From positions 12,276,001 through 12,340,000 of the forward strand of contig NC_043002.1 in assembly GCF_006345805.1 (NCBI RefSeq): DNA of 64,000 bases. Direction: 5' to 3'. Origin of the DNA: Octopus sinensis (Eukaryota). Shown here piece by piece: positions 37,905-55,166 of the stretch (positions are counted from its first letter, which is position 1; every line of letters begins with the position of its first letter). The notes below the pieces were generated by a model. The model saw only the letters and a list, made by a program, of their open reading frames with translations. It was not told the DNA's origin and made no database searches. The position numbers and the translations under genes were made by a program.

Positions 37905-38765
37905 CGGTGTATTCGGTCATCCTGTAAACAACGCGGGTTTTTTTAAAAATACTTCTTTTATTTTTCAAAATTAAGATAAACAAAGTTCTCTTTTCATCTA
38001 AAATATACTCTCCTGCATGTTCTGCAATGCTCTTCCATCTACCTGGTAGACTTGCAAGCAAGCCCTCTCTTCCAAAGTTCTTCGACGAAAAATACTCGTT
38101 TTGTTTTGTTCTGACTTCGTCTAGAGAATTCATATATTTTCCGTCGAAATGATTTTGAAGACTGCGGAAAAAATGATACTCAGATGGGGCAATGTACGGC
38201 GAATATGGTGAGTGGGGCATCGTTTCCCATTCAAACTGTTCCAGCTTCTGGAATGTCATCCTCGCTGTGTGTGGTCGAGCATTATCCTGATGGAAGAACA
38301 CCTTTCGTCTTGAAACCAAAGATGGTCATTTTTCTTCTATCGCTGACTTGAATGAGAGTTTGAATGACCAAATCCAAGCTTCTCTGCTAGTTCCTCAATG
38401 GTTGCGACGGGACTTTGTTCCACCAGGGTTGGTAGGACGTCCTCGTTAAGCACTACAGATCTTCCAGGATGAGTCTCGGCTTCTAGCCTGTAGTTTCCGG
38501 CTCGGAATTTCTGGAACCACAGCTAAAATTGGCTTACGCTTATTGTCCAATCCCCATATACTGCATGAATATTCCTCGCACTTTCCGTTGCGTTGTTGCC
38601 TTTATTGAATTCATTAAGCAAGATATGTCGAATATGTCACTTCCATTAAAGCTTTGAAAAAATGACTGTTATATTTGAATTGCTCTCTTCAGAATTTGCA
38701 TAAGGACAAGGTAAAATTACTACCTGCTTTTATAGTAAATTGATGCAGGTAATTTATCCCGCCCC
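37905..38765 (-). mobile_element. mariner (D,D34D-type) transposon, internally deleted
   Basis: N-terminal HIRHILLNEFNKGNNATESARNIHAVYG...WFQKFRAG. C-terminal FFHQDNARPH...HSPYSPYIAPSEYHFFRSLQNHF...LPGRWKSIAEHAGEY. Confidence 0.88.
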
Positions 38766-38779
38766 CTTCTGACTTTTAC

Positions 38780-39150
38780 ATCTCTCTTTTACTCTTTTTT
38801 TGTTTCAGTCATTTTACTGCAGCCATGCTGGAGCACCGCCATTAGTCGGGCAAATCTACTCCAGGACATTTTCTTCGTAAGCCTGGTACTTATTCTATCG
38901 GTCTCTTTTGCCAAACTGCTAGGTTACAGGGATGTAAACACACCTCCGTCGGTTGTCAAGCGATGTTGTGGGAATACAGACACACAAACATATACACAAA
39001 CATACATAAATATATATATATACGACGGACTTCTTTCAGTTTCCGTCTACAAATCCACTCACAAGGCTTTGGTCGGCCCGAGGCTATGGTAGAAGACACT
39101 TGCCCAAGGTGCCATGCAGTGGGACTGAATCCGGAACCATGTGGTCGGTA
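38780..39150 (-). mobile_element. SINE family C
   Basis: Reverse-complement tail and body, with a head slightly truncated at 39150. Confidence 0.8.
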
Positions 39151-39548
39151 AGCAATCTACATACAAGAATGCCACTCCAATTGAAAAAAAAAAAACGCCT
39201 TACTTATGGGATGACCCAACATCATACAAACATGCACAGAGGTAAAATAGCACATACAGTTGTAGAACGTGACAGGTTACAAGTTGACAAAGATTCAAAC
39301 AGGTGGACAAAATCTATTTACCAACAGAAAAAAAAAATTTAAGTAATTGGGAACACAAAATTGCACGCTGAAAATATGGAAAAAAGAAAAGGAGTAGACT
39401 TACGTTTCGTTCTGAACACTTTATCAAACTGGAATAGGAAATAAGAAAGCAAAAAGAAACATGGAAAGAAACGATATTTATTTAAAACACTTGTGTCTCT
39501 TTCGATGGCCTTCTTTAAAAACATCGCAATTTGTCACATTACCGCGGA

Positions 39549-39846
39549 GTGGAGGCACATGGCCTAGTGGTTAAAGCAGCGGACTCGCGGTCGAGGGATC
39601 GCGGGTTCAAATCTCAGACCGTACGATGTGTGTGTTTATGAGCGAAACACCGCAGCTCCGGCAGAAGGTAATGGTGAACTTCTGCTGACTCTTTCGCCAC
39701 AACTTTCTCTCACTCTTTCCTCCTGCATCTTGCAGCTCACCTGCGACGGACCGGCGCCCCGTCCAGGTGGTGAACCTATACGCCAAGAAACCGGGAAACC
39801 GGCCCTTATGAGCCAGACATGGCTCGAGAAGGAACAAACAACAAAA
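39549..39846 (+). mobile_element. SINE family B, full length
   Basis: 8-bp TSD accgcgga (39541-39548 and 39851-39858). Confidence 0.9.
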
Positions 39847-40371
39847 TACAACCGCGGAAACCTTTCCATACACACATTTACACAGACACAACCACATGTG
39901 TGTGTATATGGAAAGCTCAGAGTGGTTATGCGTTAATTGGTGATGTTGTCAGAACAGATAGTCGAACGATGCACATGAGTTTTATGTAGATATCGTTTCT
40001 TTAATTAATTTTCTTTTAGTTCTTTTTTCTTTCGTACTCTAGTTTTGAAAAAGGATTCACGCAAAATGAACAAATAAATGTTATATAACAAAACTAAAAT
40101 ATTTTCTGGTTTTCAGTTTTGTCCCCGTACATTTTGAGTTTAAATCCAGCTAAGAACGATATCATTTTTCATCACTTGGGGCTGATACAATATAATACCT
40201 AGTCAAATATAAGGACCAATTCTCTCTCACTTAAAAATTTACAGCCAAGTGCAGAAGTAGGAAATTTTTTTAAATGACCTTGTGAGGAAATTTATGTGGT
40301 CATTCGGCCGGCTAAAAATAGCAGTTAGGATAAAAAAATGAGGGGACTTTTGCTGTATCAGAATTATTATA

Positions 40372-41180
40372 GGCATAGTAATGGCTATATGGTTAAAAAG
40401 CTTAATTGGCGACCACTTGGTTTCGGGTTCAGTCACACAACACAGCACCGCGCAAGTGTTTTTCCTAATAACTCGGTCCAACCAATGTCTTGTGAATGAA
40501 TTTGGAAGGCGGAAACTCTGAGAAACCTGTCCTATTTGTGTGTCTGTGTGTGTTTATGTGTGAGTATGCCTTTGTGTCTCTGTCACCTACAATCACTGCA
40601 TGACAATCGGTGTTGGATTGTTTAAGTTTAACTCAGAACGTAACGGCAGACGAAATACCTATTTCCTTACAACCCACAAGGGGCTAAACACAGAGGGGAC
40701 AAACAAGGACAGACAAACGGATTAAGTCGATTATATCGACCCCAGTGCGTAACTGGTACTTAATTTATCGACTCCGAAAGGATGAAAGGTAAAGTCGACC
40801 TCGGCGGAATTTGAACTCAGAACGTAGCCGCAGACGAAATACTGCTAAGCATTTCGCCCGGCGTGCTAACGTTTCTGCCAGCGCGCTGCCTTAGTCAAGT
40901 AGTGGGGTCGATTTAATAGATGATTAACGCCCATCCACCCACCAAATTTCAGACCTTGTATCAATATTGGAAACGAGAATGATGCTAAGCTGGTAGAAAC
41001 CCTAGTGCGTCGGACAAAATGCTTAGCGGCATGCCTTCCGGTTCTTTTGAGTTCAAATTCAGCTTCGGTCATCTTTGCTTTTCATCTTTTTAGGCTAATG
41101 AGAATAAAACACCGATCAAATACTGGTCTCGATGAAGCAGACTAACCGACTACCTCCGAAATTGCCGGCAATGTGCCAAA
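40372..41180. mobile_element. Cluster of degenerate SINE C (40372-40620, +) and SINE A copies (40625-40890, -; 40890-41180, +)
   Basis: Family-diagnostic motifs recognised by eye. Boundaries approximate. Confidence 0.65.
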
Positions 41181-41265
41181 ATTTAAAACGATATGTCTGT
41201 GCGTATGTGTGTGAGTGTGTGGGTGTGAGCATGTGCACGCGTGCAGGCGAGTATAAGTGTAGGTA

Positions 41266-41685
41266 AGGCGGCGAGCTGGCAGAAACGTTAGCCCGCCGGG
41301 CGAAATGCTTAGCGGTATTTCGTCTGCCGATACGTTCTGAGTTCAAATTCCGCCGAGGTCGACTTTGCCTTTCATCCTTTCGGGGTCGATAAATTAAGTA
41401 CCAGTTACGCACTGGGGTCGATGTAATCGACTTAATACATATGTCTGTCCTTGTTTGTCCCCTCTATGTTTAGCCCCTTGTGGGTAATAAAGAAATAGGC
41501 ATTTCGTCTGCCGTTACGTTCTGAGTTCAAATTCCGCCGAGGTCGACTTTGCCTTTCAACATTTCGGAGTCGATAAATTAAGTACCAGTTACGCACTGGG
41601 GCCGATGCAATCGACTTAATCTGTTTGTCTGTCCTTCTTTGTCCTCTCTGTGTTTAGCCCCTTGTGGGTAATAAAGAAATAGGTA
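41266..41685 (+). mobile_element. SINE family A, head plus two 184-bp units
   Basis: aaggcggcgagctggcagaaacgttag..., with junction aaagaaataggcatttcgtctgcc and a second unit ending gtgggtaataaagaaatagg. Confidence 0.9.
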
Positions 41686-41904
41686 TCTGTCAGTTCACGG
41701 AAATGATGTAATCTATAGTAATTTATCGTCAAATATACGAATTCGTGTTATTGCGTATTCTGGAACATCTGTGTATGAATTTTAATATCTGAAACCATGT
41801 AAATAAGCTGAATTGACTGTTCTTTTAATCGGAATAGAAGACAATGTTAAACCCGAGGCGGATGATCTCAGATGACTGATGTACCTAACTTCAGAAATAT
41901 AAAA

Positions 41905-42780
41905 CACAGTTTGCGAGGGATATTTGAGTACATCTTTAGTAATTTAATCAAAAAATAGCTTTAATCTACCAAATATATTTCATTAACACTTTGTGCTTAT
42001 GTTCTCAATAAAATTTCTTATAAGATTATTCTATGAATACATTTTCAGTCTCGGTAACTGCTTCAATGACGGACAGTTTCGTTGACGTGCCCGCACTAAA
42101 TGATCTTCATCTTTATTTATTTTAGACATCTCTTGGACAAGGCAGCCATCATTCAGGCTCTGGTAGTGTGATGATGTCAGTTAATCTCCCTCTCGACAAC
42201 ACCCTAAACCCACTTACCCATGGTATTTAAGTCTGGCGTGTTTGGAAACCACAAGGTTTATGTTACATGGTTATAAAGCTTGTCCAACACCCATTTTTGA
42301 CTAACGTGGAGTTTGTGAGAAGAGGCTGAGTTTTGTTGAATCACGTATTGTCTTTTACTACGTATTTTATTCATCCAGGGCTTAACTATGATCTCCGGCA
42401 CCTCAACGTATCCAACAGGAATTAATTGCAAAAACCCTGTGGAAAAATGTGAGTGACATGACCTCCGTTACTCACCAACACCTAAAACCATAGCAGCTGC
42501 TGGAAACTTAGTGTGCATCACTCTGGAGACTTCAGAAGGATCTTCACATAACCCTGTACCATTTCTTTCATTAGAATTTTTTGTCTTGGTTGGAAGTTTT
42601 TCTCGTCAAAGAGCCAAAGCATACCATGCTCTCAAGGATTCTGACCTTGTTAGGTAACAGTATGGTACAGTTCAAAAGTTGTTCCTATACCTCCAAGCAC
42701 CATAGTTCTAATAGTCCACCCTGCCTCCTAAAGTTGTTTGGCAATGGACCTATCAGTTTTTCTTTTCTTGGCAGGGGTGG
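41905..42780 (-). mobile_element. maT (DD37D)-like transposon remnant
   Basis: Minus-strand translation across stops and frameshifts gives VMHTKFPAAAMVLGV...GYVEVPEIIVKPWMNKI...YVIQQNSASSHK...WFPNTPDLNT...GVVEREIN. Confidence 0.65.
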
Positions 42781-43449
42781 ATATCATTGATAATATTTTT
42801 GAACGCGTTGAATGAATTGCTATGCTCTAATAATGTCCGTACGCTTAGACTTTCTTCATTTGACACAGTTAAAACATAGCTGAACGTTTGCATCCTCTGT
42901 TCAGATTTCGTCTACGGTTCAGAAGACCATAATAGCTAACACTAACCACTCTACAACGTGACCACTACATCCAACCTGCGATTTGCTAACACGAGCAGGT
43001 ACTGATCACGTTCGATCTAAAACCAGAATAGATAACCCATCAATAGCATGCCGTGTTTCATGCAACAGTGGATGAATAAAAAAAAATAGTTGAATGCAAT
43101 CTTTTTTAAGATTGTTAATACGAAAGCAAAAAAAAAAACAGAACAACAACAACAATACAAAGCGGAAAATCAAAATGAGATAAAATGAGACAAAAATAAA
43201 AGCAAATATTTTGTCAACATATGCAACGAACAGACGTTAAACTTCACGTGGCTGTTGTTCGAATTAATCTCGACACAGTAAAAGACAAGCAAAGAACATG
43301 TTACTCTAATCAATTTGGTGCGGGGATATTCACGATACAATTAACGCAAAGCAGGATACATTAATTAATTCTATGTTAAAACTGAGGTATTTCCGTGTGC
43401 CGTTTGCTGTTGTTTCTTTGTTTGCTTAGGTCATTATCATTACTTCTCC

Positions 43450-46650
<3,201 letters not shown>

Positions 46651-47073
46651 TGTTGTTGTTGCTTTTCTTGTTGTCTTTCTTTTTTTTTTTCTATTTTGCG
46701 GCGCTGTTATTAAAACTGTTCAAACATTTGCTCATTTATCGATTGATAGAATGAGATGAACAAAAACAACAACAATAACAACAACAATAACAACAACATG
46801 TAACAAAAAAAAAAGAAAGAAAGCAAAGAAGAAGAAGAAGAAGAAGAAAGTGAATGAGATTCACTGAGTTAAATTGCAATGCGTTTAGTGTTTGGAAATT
46901 ACTAGAGCTGTTGTTAGCAGCAACAGTAAAGTAATCCATCCGTCGACACCAACATCAGCAACACCGCTACCAAAACCACCAACAGCAATACTAAAACAAC
47001 TACTTTTGCTACCAATCAAAGCGGCGAACCACGAAGTCACTCAGTAGTCGAGTATGACCTGCTTCAGCTTGAA

Positions 47074-47351
47074 GTTTCAGCCATTTTCTCAAATTACAAA
47101 CTTGTTTTTTTTTAAAGTGGCAAGACGTTGTGAATAATAAAATGCCCCTACGTTTATACAGCCTTAAAACATGAAGCAAATGCATTCGAGGGAGTATTGA
47201 ATTGTTATCCAAAGCCATGGACATTTCAGCACTCCCTCGTATACATTTATTTCAAGTTTTAAGGCTGTATAAACGTAGGAGTATTTTATCATTCACAACG
47301 TCTTGCCACTTTTTAAAAACAAATTTGTAATTTGAGAAAGATGGCTGAAAT
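47074..47351. repeat. ~280-bp palindrome centred on a 53-bp mariner-like mini-element
   Basis: Arms 47074-47200 and 47222-47351 are reverse complements (imperfect). The inner ends read cgagggagtattgaa and ttcagcactccctcg-ta. Confidence 0.75.
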
Positions 47352-47377
47352 TACAAACATGTTTTTAAAAAAGCGGT

Positions 47378-47820
47378 GTTATTGAATGGGTCTGAGGCAT
47401 GGCGAACAACAGTTAAGTCAAATAAGCAAATACAATCATTCATCAACAGATGCTTGCGTAGTATACTTAAAATTAGATGGCCCGATCACATAAGCAATAT
47501 GGAGCTATGGCAAAGAACAAATGAAGTTTCGATTAGGGAGCAAATATTTAAGAAAAAGTGGAAGTGGATTGGTAGCACAATTAGAAAAGACACACCAAAT
47601 GTAGTGAAAAGTGCTTTACAGTGGAAACCGGATGGATATAGAAGGAGAGGTAGGCCTAAGAACCCGTGGCGGAGATCAACACAAAAGGAACTAGAGAAAG
47701 GGGGACATTCATGGCAGAGTATAAGTACAGAAGCCAAAAATTATGCGACAAGGAATTCAATTATAAGTGGCCTATACTCCGCGTTGGAGAGTTAAAGGCA
47801 TAAAGAAGAAATAAAGAAAT
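47378..47820 (+). mobile_element. RTE-clade LINE 3' fragment
   Basis: LLNGSEAWRTT...IQSFINRCLRSILKIRWPDHISN.ELWQRT...KWKWIG...ALQWKPDGYRRRGRPKNPWRR...GLYS*, with a short UTR and an (aaagaaat)-like tail. Confidence 0.88.
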
Positions 47821-48914
47821 GTCTCTCTCAGATTCACACACTTATTGCAACAGTCCTTCAGTTTTTCTAAGCCCTGTAAAAGAATTCGGAAGTTTGGGTG
47901 TCAAACAAGTCTTTTCGCGATACCATTAAAACCAGGAATATTTTAGAACCCCCTCATATATAATCGTTTAAATCATTATTAACACGTAGTTTCTGCGCGA
48001 AAGGAACATGGACGTGAAATGCCCTTTCGCTGCGGATATAATCCCGGGAGAAACTTCTTCGGTCAGACAAAATATATGAAAACACGTAGAACGTATGCGT
48101 TATACAAGAATAGTGTGTGAAATATAGATACAAGGAGTGTTAACATAAGAGGTGCAAGTTGACTGCACATAATAGGCGTGGTGGCAGACAATGGATATGA
48201 GGAAGCTACACATAAAATGAGAGAGAAAGAATCATAGAGACGGAGAAGGACAGGGAGTAAATGATAGGCTATTTATAAGGGAAATTTTACAAATAAGAAA
48301 TAAAGAGAAATTGTTCTACTTTGACAAAATACAACAGCGATTATCATATTCATATTCGAATCCACCGAAAGTATGAAGATATACACCATTGTTTGATTTA
48401 TTTGATTTTATCTTAAGGTAATAGTTAATTAAATTGAAAATTAGTGTTTATTATGTCAACTGTATAAGCAGAAAGAAATTGTTAGAAGTTAGAACGTTTG
48501 ATAAAAAATGAAATATAATTATTGTTTCGTTTTTTTTATTTGATTTCCAAGATTCTTGTTGTGAATTCGTGTTTTGGAACATAATTTGGAGTATTTCGGG
48601 AGGATCATTGTGCCAATGATAAACACACACACACACCACACACACACACACACACACACTGGTTCTATTTCACTTCTTTTATCATTTAAACAATCAAGTA
48701 ATCAATTGTTCGATTAATCGTTCAGTCAATCACTCAAGCAGCTAGATTTGATAAAGTCCCCATTTGCTACTCTGGAGTAGAGAGGAAATGAAGTTGCGAA
48801 TGGCGACAAAAGAACTTTAACAGCCCTAACTGATAGTTTGATTCACCTATTAATCAAAGAATCGATTGGTTAAATAGTTAACCAATTGACTAGAAATAAT
48901 AGCCCTTTCTTTTA

Positions 48915-49310
48915 CAGGCATAAGGCCTGAAATTTTGCTGAAGAAGCTTGTCGACCACTAAAGCATGAAAGGAAAAGGCGATCTCGGTGGTATTTGCGTT
49001 GAGAACATGAAAACGGATGAAACGCCGCTAAGAATTTTGTCCGGCGCGCTAACGATATCACGAGTTTGCTATTTTCAATTGACTAATGAGAATGCCTTCA
49101 AATTTTGACACACAAACTGCAATTTTCACGAGTAGGAGGTCAGTCGATTACATCTACCCCAGTGTGTATCTGGTACTTATTTAGTCGACCTCGAAAGGAT
49201 GAAAGGCAAAGTCAACTCCGCAGTAGTTTGAACTCAAAACGTGAAGATACACGAAATACCACTGAACATTTCACCCGGCGTGCTAACAATTCTTCCACCT
49301 GGCTGCCTAC
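48915..49310 (-). mobile_element. Two degenerate SINE family A copies (alternative tail)
   Basis: aggcataaggcctgaaattttg... and cgacctcgaaaggatgaaaggcaaagtcaac...cccggcgtgctaac. Confidence 0.7.
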
Positions 49311-49758
49311 GGTTGACTAATAATGATAAAAGAAGTGAAATGGAACCAGTGCATATGTTTATTATTAGCATGATGACCCGCCCAAGATAAAAACAAATTG
49401 TAATTATTGTATGTATGACATATTTTTCTGATATTACCCATAAGTAGTAGAAGTTTCAAGGTCACCCCTAATTTCAAAGTTTCAAAGTTACCCTTAATCT
49501 CAAAGTTACCCCTAACAAGACGGATTACTCTCTGATAGTAAAATATACCCAGACAAGGACGAGAACACGAAAATATGAATAGTTGTTGTCGCATGTCGAA
49601 CAGATCTAGGTGTTGGCTAACTCCATTGCAAAGAATATCCTACTACATTCCGCAGACGCTAAGGGTAAGCAGTTTTTTTCCACCGGGTGGTTTGAGAGGA
49701 TGGATCGTACGGCTGTGGTTGTGTGTTAGGCATGACTTAATCAGAATATATTAAATAA

Positions 49759-50156
49759 CCTTCGAATGAGGGCATGTATTCCTGCCCCGTAAAATTTTGT
49801 TGACTGTTCTTTGAGCTACTTCTTCACTATAGTTTTCACTTCCTCATCACTGGACTATCATCTCTTCGGCCCCATGAAAGAGTGTTTGAGAGGCAAACAT
49901 TATTCCAGTGACTAGAAAGTGAAAGCTGTAGTGAAGAAGTAGCTCAAAGAACAGTAAACAGAATTTTACAGGACAGAGATACATGCTCTCATTTGAAGGC
50001 GGAACATTGCTATTGAGAGAAACGGTGACTATGTTGAGAAGTAAGGATGTGATCCACCGAGGACCAGCTTCATTTTGATGTATGATACATGTTCCTGTGC
50101 TGGTCAATATACCTGTCCTAAACAAAATGGCATTACATGTTGACTCACCCTCGTAT
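49759..50156 (+). mobile_element. mariner 3' fragment with an inverted partial duplicate
   Basis: DYHLFGPMKECLRGKHYSSD...IERNGDYVEK*, terminus tgactcaccctcg-ta. 49759-49853 is the reverse complement of 49904-50000. Confidence 0.8.
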
Positions 50157-50641
50157 AAAGCGGTATTTAAATCACTTTCATTAATATTATTTTGTCTTAC
50201 ATCGACATAAAACATAAAACAGACATTTTTTTCAACACGTGTAAATGAAATTAAAGATGGCGAGCTAAGTGCTACCATTAAGTATATCAGCAGTTTGTTG
50301 AATGACTAGTAACAGCGGCAAAGTTGGTCCGTATGAATGCGCCTCTCCTCAACAAAAAACACCTGTAGGATCGTGAATGACAGATGGTGTCGGGGAAAGG
50401 AATTTAACATTGGTAATCAGAGAAATCTTGAGTCTGTAGGGATTCCTTCTTTGTCTTATACCCTCTGGGGACTCTATCACACATTTTTCACTCTATGCTT
50501 CGATGTTTACCAAAATATATTTATTTATATATATTTTTCATCATCCGATTTATGTTGTAAGCCAAAACAATTGTAACCTGTCTTTACAAGGTTTCTTCAT
50601 TTGTCGCCCTCGTGGCTATAAAACGAAAGTAATATCTATTA

Positions 50642-50688
<47 letters not shown>

Positions 50689-50689
50689 A

Positions 50690-50722
<33 letters not shown>

Positions 50723-50992
50723 GTTATTATTATTATTATTATCGTCATCATCATCATCATCAGCATCATCACCATCACCATTATTATCATTATTATATTC
50801 AGTAGTTGCTGAGAATTATTGCGTTATTTTTGGTTGTTTTTCTTTCTGTTGGCAACAAACGCGATACCTTATCTTGTCACTCGTTTACAGTGCAATGATT
50901 CATATAGACAGCATGCCAAAAACTCTTTCAGATATTGCTGGATCTGTCTTTCCTCTACGCACACACACACACACATACACACATACACACAC

Positions 50993-51023
<31 letters not shown>

Positions 51024-51098
51024 TACACATATACAACACAAGACACACACATATATATCTATATATATGTATAATTGTCTCTATATCCACACACACAA

Positions 51099-51140
<42 letters not shown>

Positions 51141-51141
51141 T

Positions 51142-51248
<107 letters not shown>

Positions 51249-51253
51249 TATAC

Positions 51254-51287
<34 letters not shown>

Positions 51288-51333
51288 GTCTATATACACA
51301 CACATTTATGTACATATTTATATATATGTATGC

Positions 51334-51401
<68 letters not shown>

Positions 51402-52131
51402 GTACATTATATATATAATTACATGTTAATACAAACAGTATATATCTATTTTATCAATCTATACATATAAAACAGTATGTAGCTACATATATACATACAT
51501 ACACACACTACCTCTCTCTCTCATGCACACACTCCCTCTCTCTCTTTCTCACACACACATTCATAGGTATATTATGCTTATATATTTTTTGCGTGCATAC
51601 AAATAAAAACGAAGACACAAACGTGTACGTGTGGCTGTAAGTGAGCGAATCTGTGTACAAGTGTGTATGTATGCCTATATGTGTATATCTCTTTGCGGGT
51701 AGATACATATATTTACACATCCCTACGATAACAAGCGTGGTTCATTACGCCTATAGTTCATTAATTGACGTTAATGAACCCGTCTCTATCGGAACTTAAC
51801 AATATTTCTGAAATTAATTTATCCTTGTCATATTTCTACCATTGTTCGTTTTCTTCACTTTTACACATGTACATGTATTTATCTGGCTTTTTTTCTTACA
51901 TTAATTTCTTTATATTTTCCCCTTAATTTTTTTCCAGCGGTTATCCCTTTTTCTATGCCCTTATCCCTTATTGCAGTTGCTTCCAGGTGTGGAATTTTAT
52001 AGGTTTGTGCTGATTATTTTAACTCCATAACTGCTGAATTACATTCCACGTCTAGCTGTCGTTTCCGTAACTCACGAGCCATATCATCTCTCTTTGATTT
52101 CGACTAAACACACAAACAAACAAACACAGAG

Positions 52132-52198
<67 letters not shown>

Positions 52199-52571
52199 AC
52201 ACAATACACAGACACACACATATTCTCTCCCACTAATATAGTCATGTATGTTTATGAAATGAATTATGCTTCTTATGCTTCTTATAATATTTCACTCTAT
52301 CATGTTATACCGAGCGCATTGTTTCTTTTCTAACATTCTGAAAATGCCGGTCAAAAATATTCGACTGACGTTAGCATAAACAAGTAGCTGTCTATCTTCC
52401 GATTCATTCATTTTCTTTCCAGTCTGTTATAGGTTTTTTTTTTTATCTAATTCTTATTTATCTTCTATGAAATTGAAGCTATATCCTTTAATTTGCTGTT
52501 TTTTTCTTTGCACGAACTGAGAAGATACATTGCGGAACTCTAGTATTTTTTACGAGTTATATCTAACTATG

Positions 52572-52909
52572 TGGGGGTACATGGCCTAGTGGTTAAAGTG
52601 GCGGACTCGCGGTCGTGGGATCGCGGTCGTGGGATCGCGGTCGTGGGATCGCGGGTTCGAATCTCAGATCAGGCGATGTGAGTGTTTATGAGCGAAAAAA
52701 CTTAGCTCTACACGGCTCCGGCGGAATGTAATGGCGAAATTCTGCTGATTCTTTCGCCACAACTTTCTCTCACTATTTCCTTCTGCATCTAGCAGCCCAC
52801 CTGCGACGGACCGGCGTCCTGTTCAGGAGGGGAATCTTTACGCCAAGGACACCAGGAAACCGGCCATAATCAGCCAGGCGTTGCTCGAGAAGGAACAAAC
52901 AAAACCAAC
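52572..52909 (+). mobile_element. SINE family B, full length, with a 14-bp unit triplicated in the head
   Basis: 13-bp TSD atatctaactatg (52559-52571 and 52910-52922). tcgcggtcgtggga x3 at 52607-52648. Confidence 0.92.
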
Positions 52910-53179
52910 ATATCTAACTATGACTCAAAGAGACAGAGCTACACCGACGGATATTCCCGAACCAGTTGTTATATATTCCACCCGTGAGGGATCGATGCTA
53001 GATGGCTTGAAACAATTGTAGCGCTTAATAAAAATTCACGTATCTTCCATCTTCCGTCTCCCTCAGTAACCAAATATATACACGTGTGTGTGTGTGTGTT
53101 TCTGTATGTATGTGTGTGTGAGTGTACGCGCGCGCACGTGTCTGTGTATGTATGTGAGTGTGTATTGATATATTTTTCT

Positions 53180-53385
53180 CCTCTAGGCACAAGGCCCCAA
53201 ATTTTTGGTGAGTAGGCCAGTCGATTAGATCGGCCCAGTACGCAACTGCTACTTAATTTATAGACCCCGAAAGGATGAAAAGCAAAGTCGATCTCGGTAG
53301 AATGTCAACTCAGAACGTAAAGACAGATGAAATACCGCTAAGCATTTCGCCCGGCGTGCTAACGTTTCTGCGAGCTCGCTGCCTT
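53180..53385 (-). mobile_element. SINE family A (alternative tail)
   Basis: ctctaggcacaaggccccaaattt...gaccccgaaaggatgaaaagcaaagtcg...gcccggcgtgctaacgtttctgcgagctcgctgcc. Confidence 0.8.
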
Positions 53386-53940
53386 CAGGCGATATTGGAC
53401 GAATTATGTACAAGTATGCATATGACTTGTACGAGCAGTGAGGAAAAATAAGATTATTAGACATGCTTTTATATCCTAATGGATAGTCTTAGTCGAACAT
53501 ACGTTACCAAATGATAAACGATGGAAGCGAAGTCAGGTATATCCCAGGAACAAAAAAAGTTATATATTTTTTAACGGGAACAGTATAAAACCCCTAGTTT
53601 TGCAATGACCGCTATATAAAAAATAATTCAATCTCAGTAGAAAGTAATTGTAATTTTCGAAGCACTTATGTATGTCCCTTCAATAACCTGTGTATGACTA
53701 ACTGATTTCTGTGTCATTCCTATAATAAAAATTCCATAAAATTTATCTGTAGTTCTGTATTCGTTGGAATGGGAAATGTGTCGCTGAAGAAGGACTTCCA
53801 GTTTGAACAATTTTCATGATGTTTCATATTTTGATGCTTTTATTAAATTCATTCAGTTGTTAAACATAAATCTTGGAATTAAATGGTTTTGATTTATTGT
53901 CAGGTGACATTTGGCCAAACCTGTATACATATACCTACAA

Positions 53941-53977
<37 letters not shown>

Positions 53978-53984
53978 CATATCA

Positions 53985-54410
53985 GGGTGTTCATTAATGA
54001 TCCTCATTGACCCGCTTCCCAAAGTCTGGGATAAACGAAACTTGACATAATTATTAGTCCTTCTCTAATTAGTCACCACCAATGGTAACATACTTCTCCT
54101 ATCGCTTTATGCAGTTATGAAGATCTTGTCTGTAGAAGTCGGTAGATTGCGTCTAGAGCCAATAATTTACCCCAGAAATAAGTTCATCATCCGAAAAGTG
54201 CCTCCATTTCCAGAAAGACTTCACGGTTAGAAAGAGGTGGAAGTTAGATTGTGAGAGATCGGGAGAGTAACGGGGATGAGGAAGGATTTCATAGCTGCAG
54301 CCATGTGCTTTCATCTAAGCAACATGCGCATTGAGAACTGGGGTGTCGTCTTGGAGGAGGCGAACTCTTTTGGTCAGCATGTCACGCCTCTCTGCTTTGA
54401 TGGTGTCTCG
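53985..54410 (-). mobile_element. mariner transposase 3' fragment with terminus
   Basis: Minus: LRDTIKAERRDMLTKRVRLLQDD...EILPHPRYSPDLSQSNFHLF...KYVTIGGD, ending ...taatgaacaccctg next to TA. Confidence 0.75.
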
Positions 54411-54419
54411 CAATATATA

Positions 54420-54982
<563 letters not shown>

Positions 54983-55039
54983 ATATATATATATATATAT
55001 ATCTGTAACTGTAATATGTAACAATTATTCAGTAGCCAT

Positions 55040-55100
55040 GATAAAACTCAGAGTTTCGGATGTCGGGGTGGAAATCCACGCCGCCATCTCTTCAGTTATC
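55040..55100 (-). ncRNA. Type I hammerhead-like motif
   Basis: gataa-CTGAAGA-gatg g cgg c gtgg attt ccac c ccg a catc-c-GAAA-ctc t gag-TT-ttatc. Stem I 5 bp, extended stem II, one extra base before GAAA. Confidence 0.6.
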
Positions 55101-55105
55101 CGGCC

Positions 55106-55166
55106 ATTAACTGAAGAGATGGAGGCGTGAATTTCCAACCCGACATCAGAAACTCGGAGTTTTATC
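55106..55166 (+). ncRNA. Type I hammerhead-like motif (mirror copy)
   Basis: attaa-CTGAAGA-gatg...catc-a-GAAA-ctc g gag-TT-ttatc. Stem I and inner stem II partly mismatched. Confidence 0.5.
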
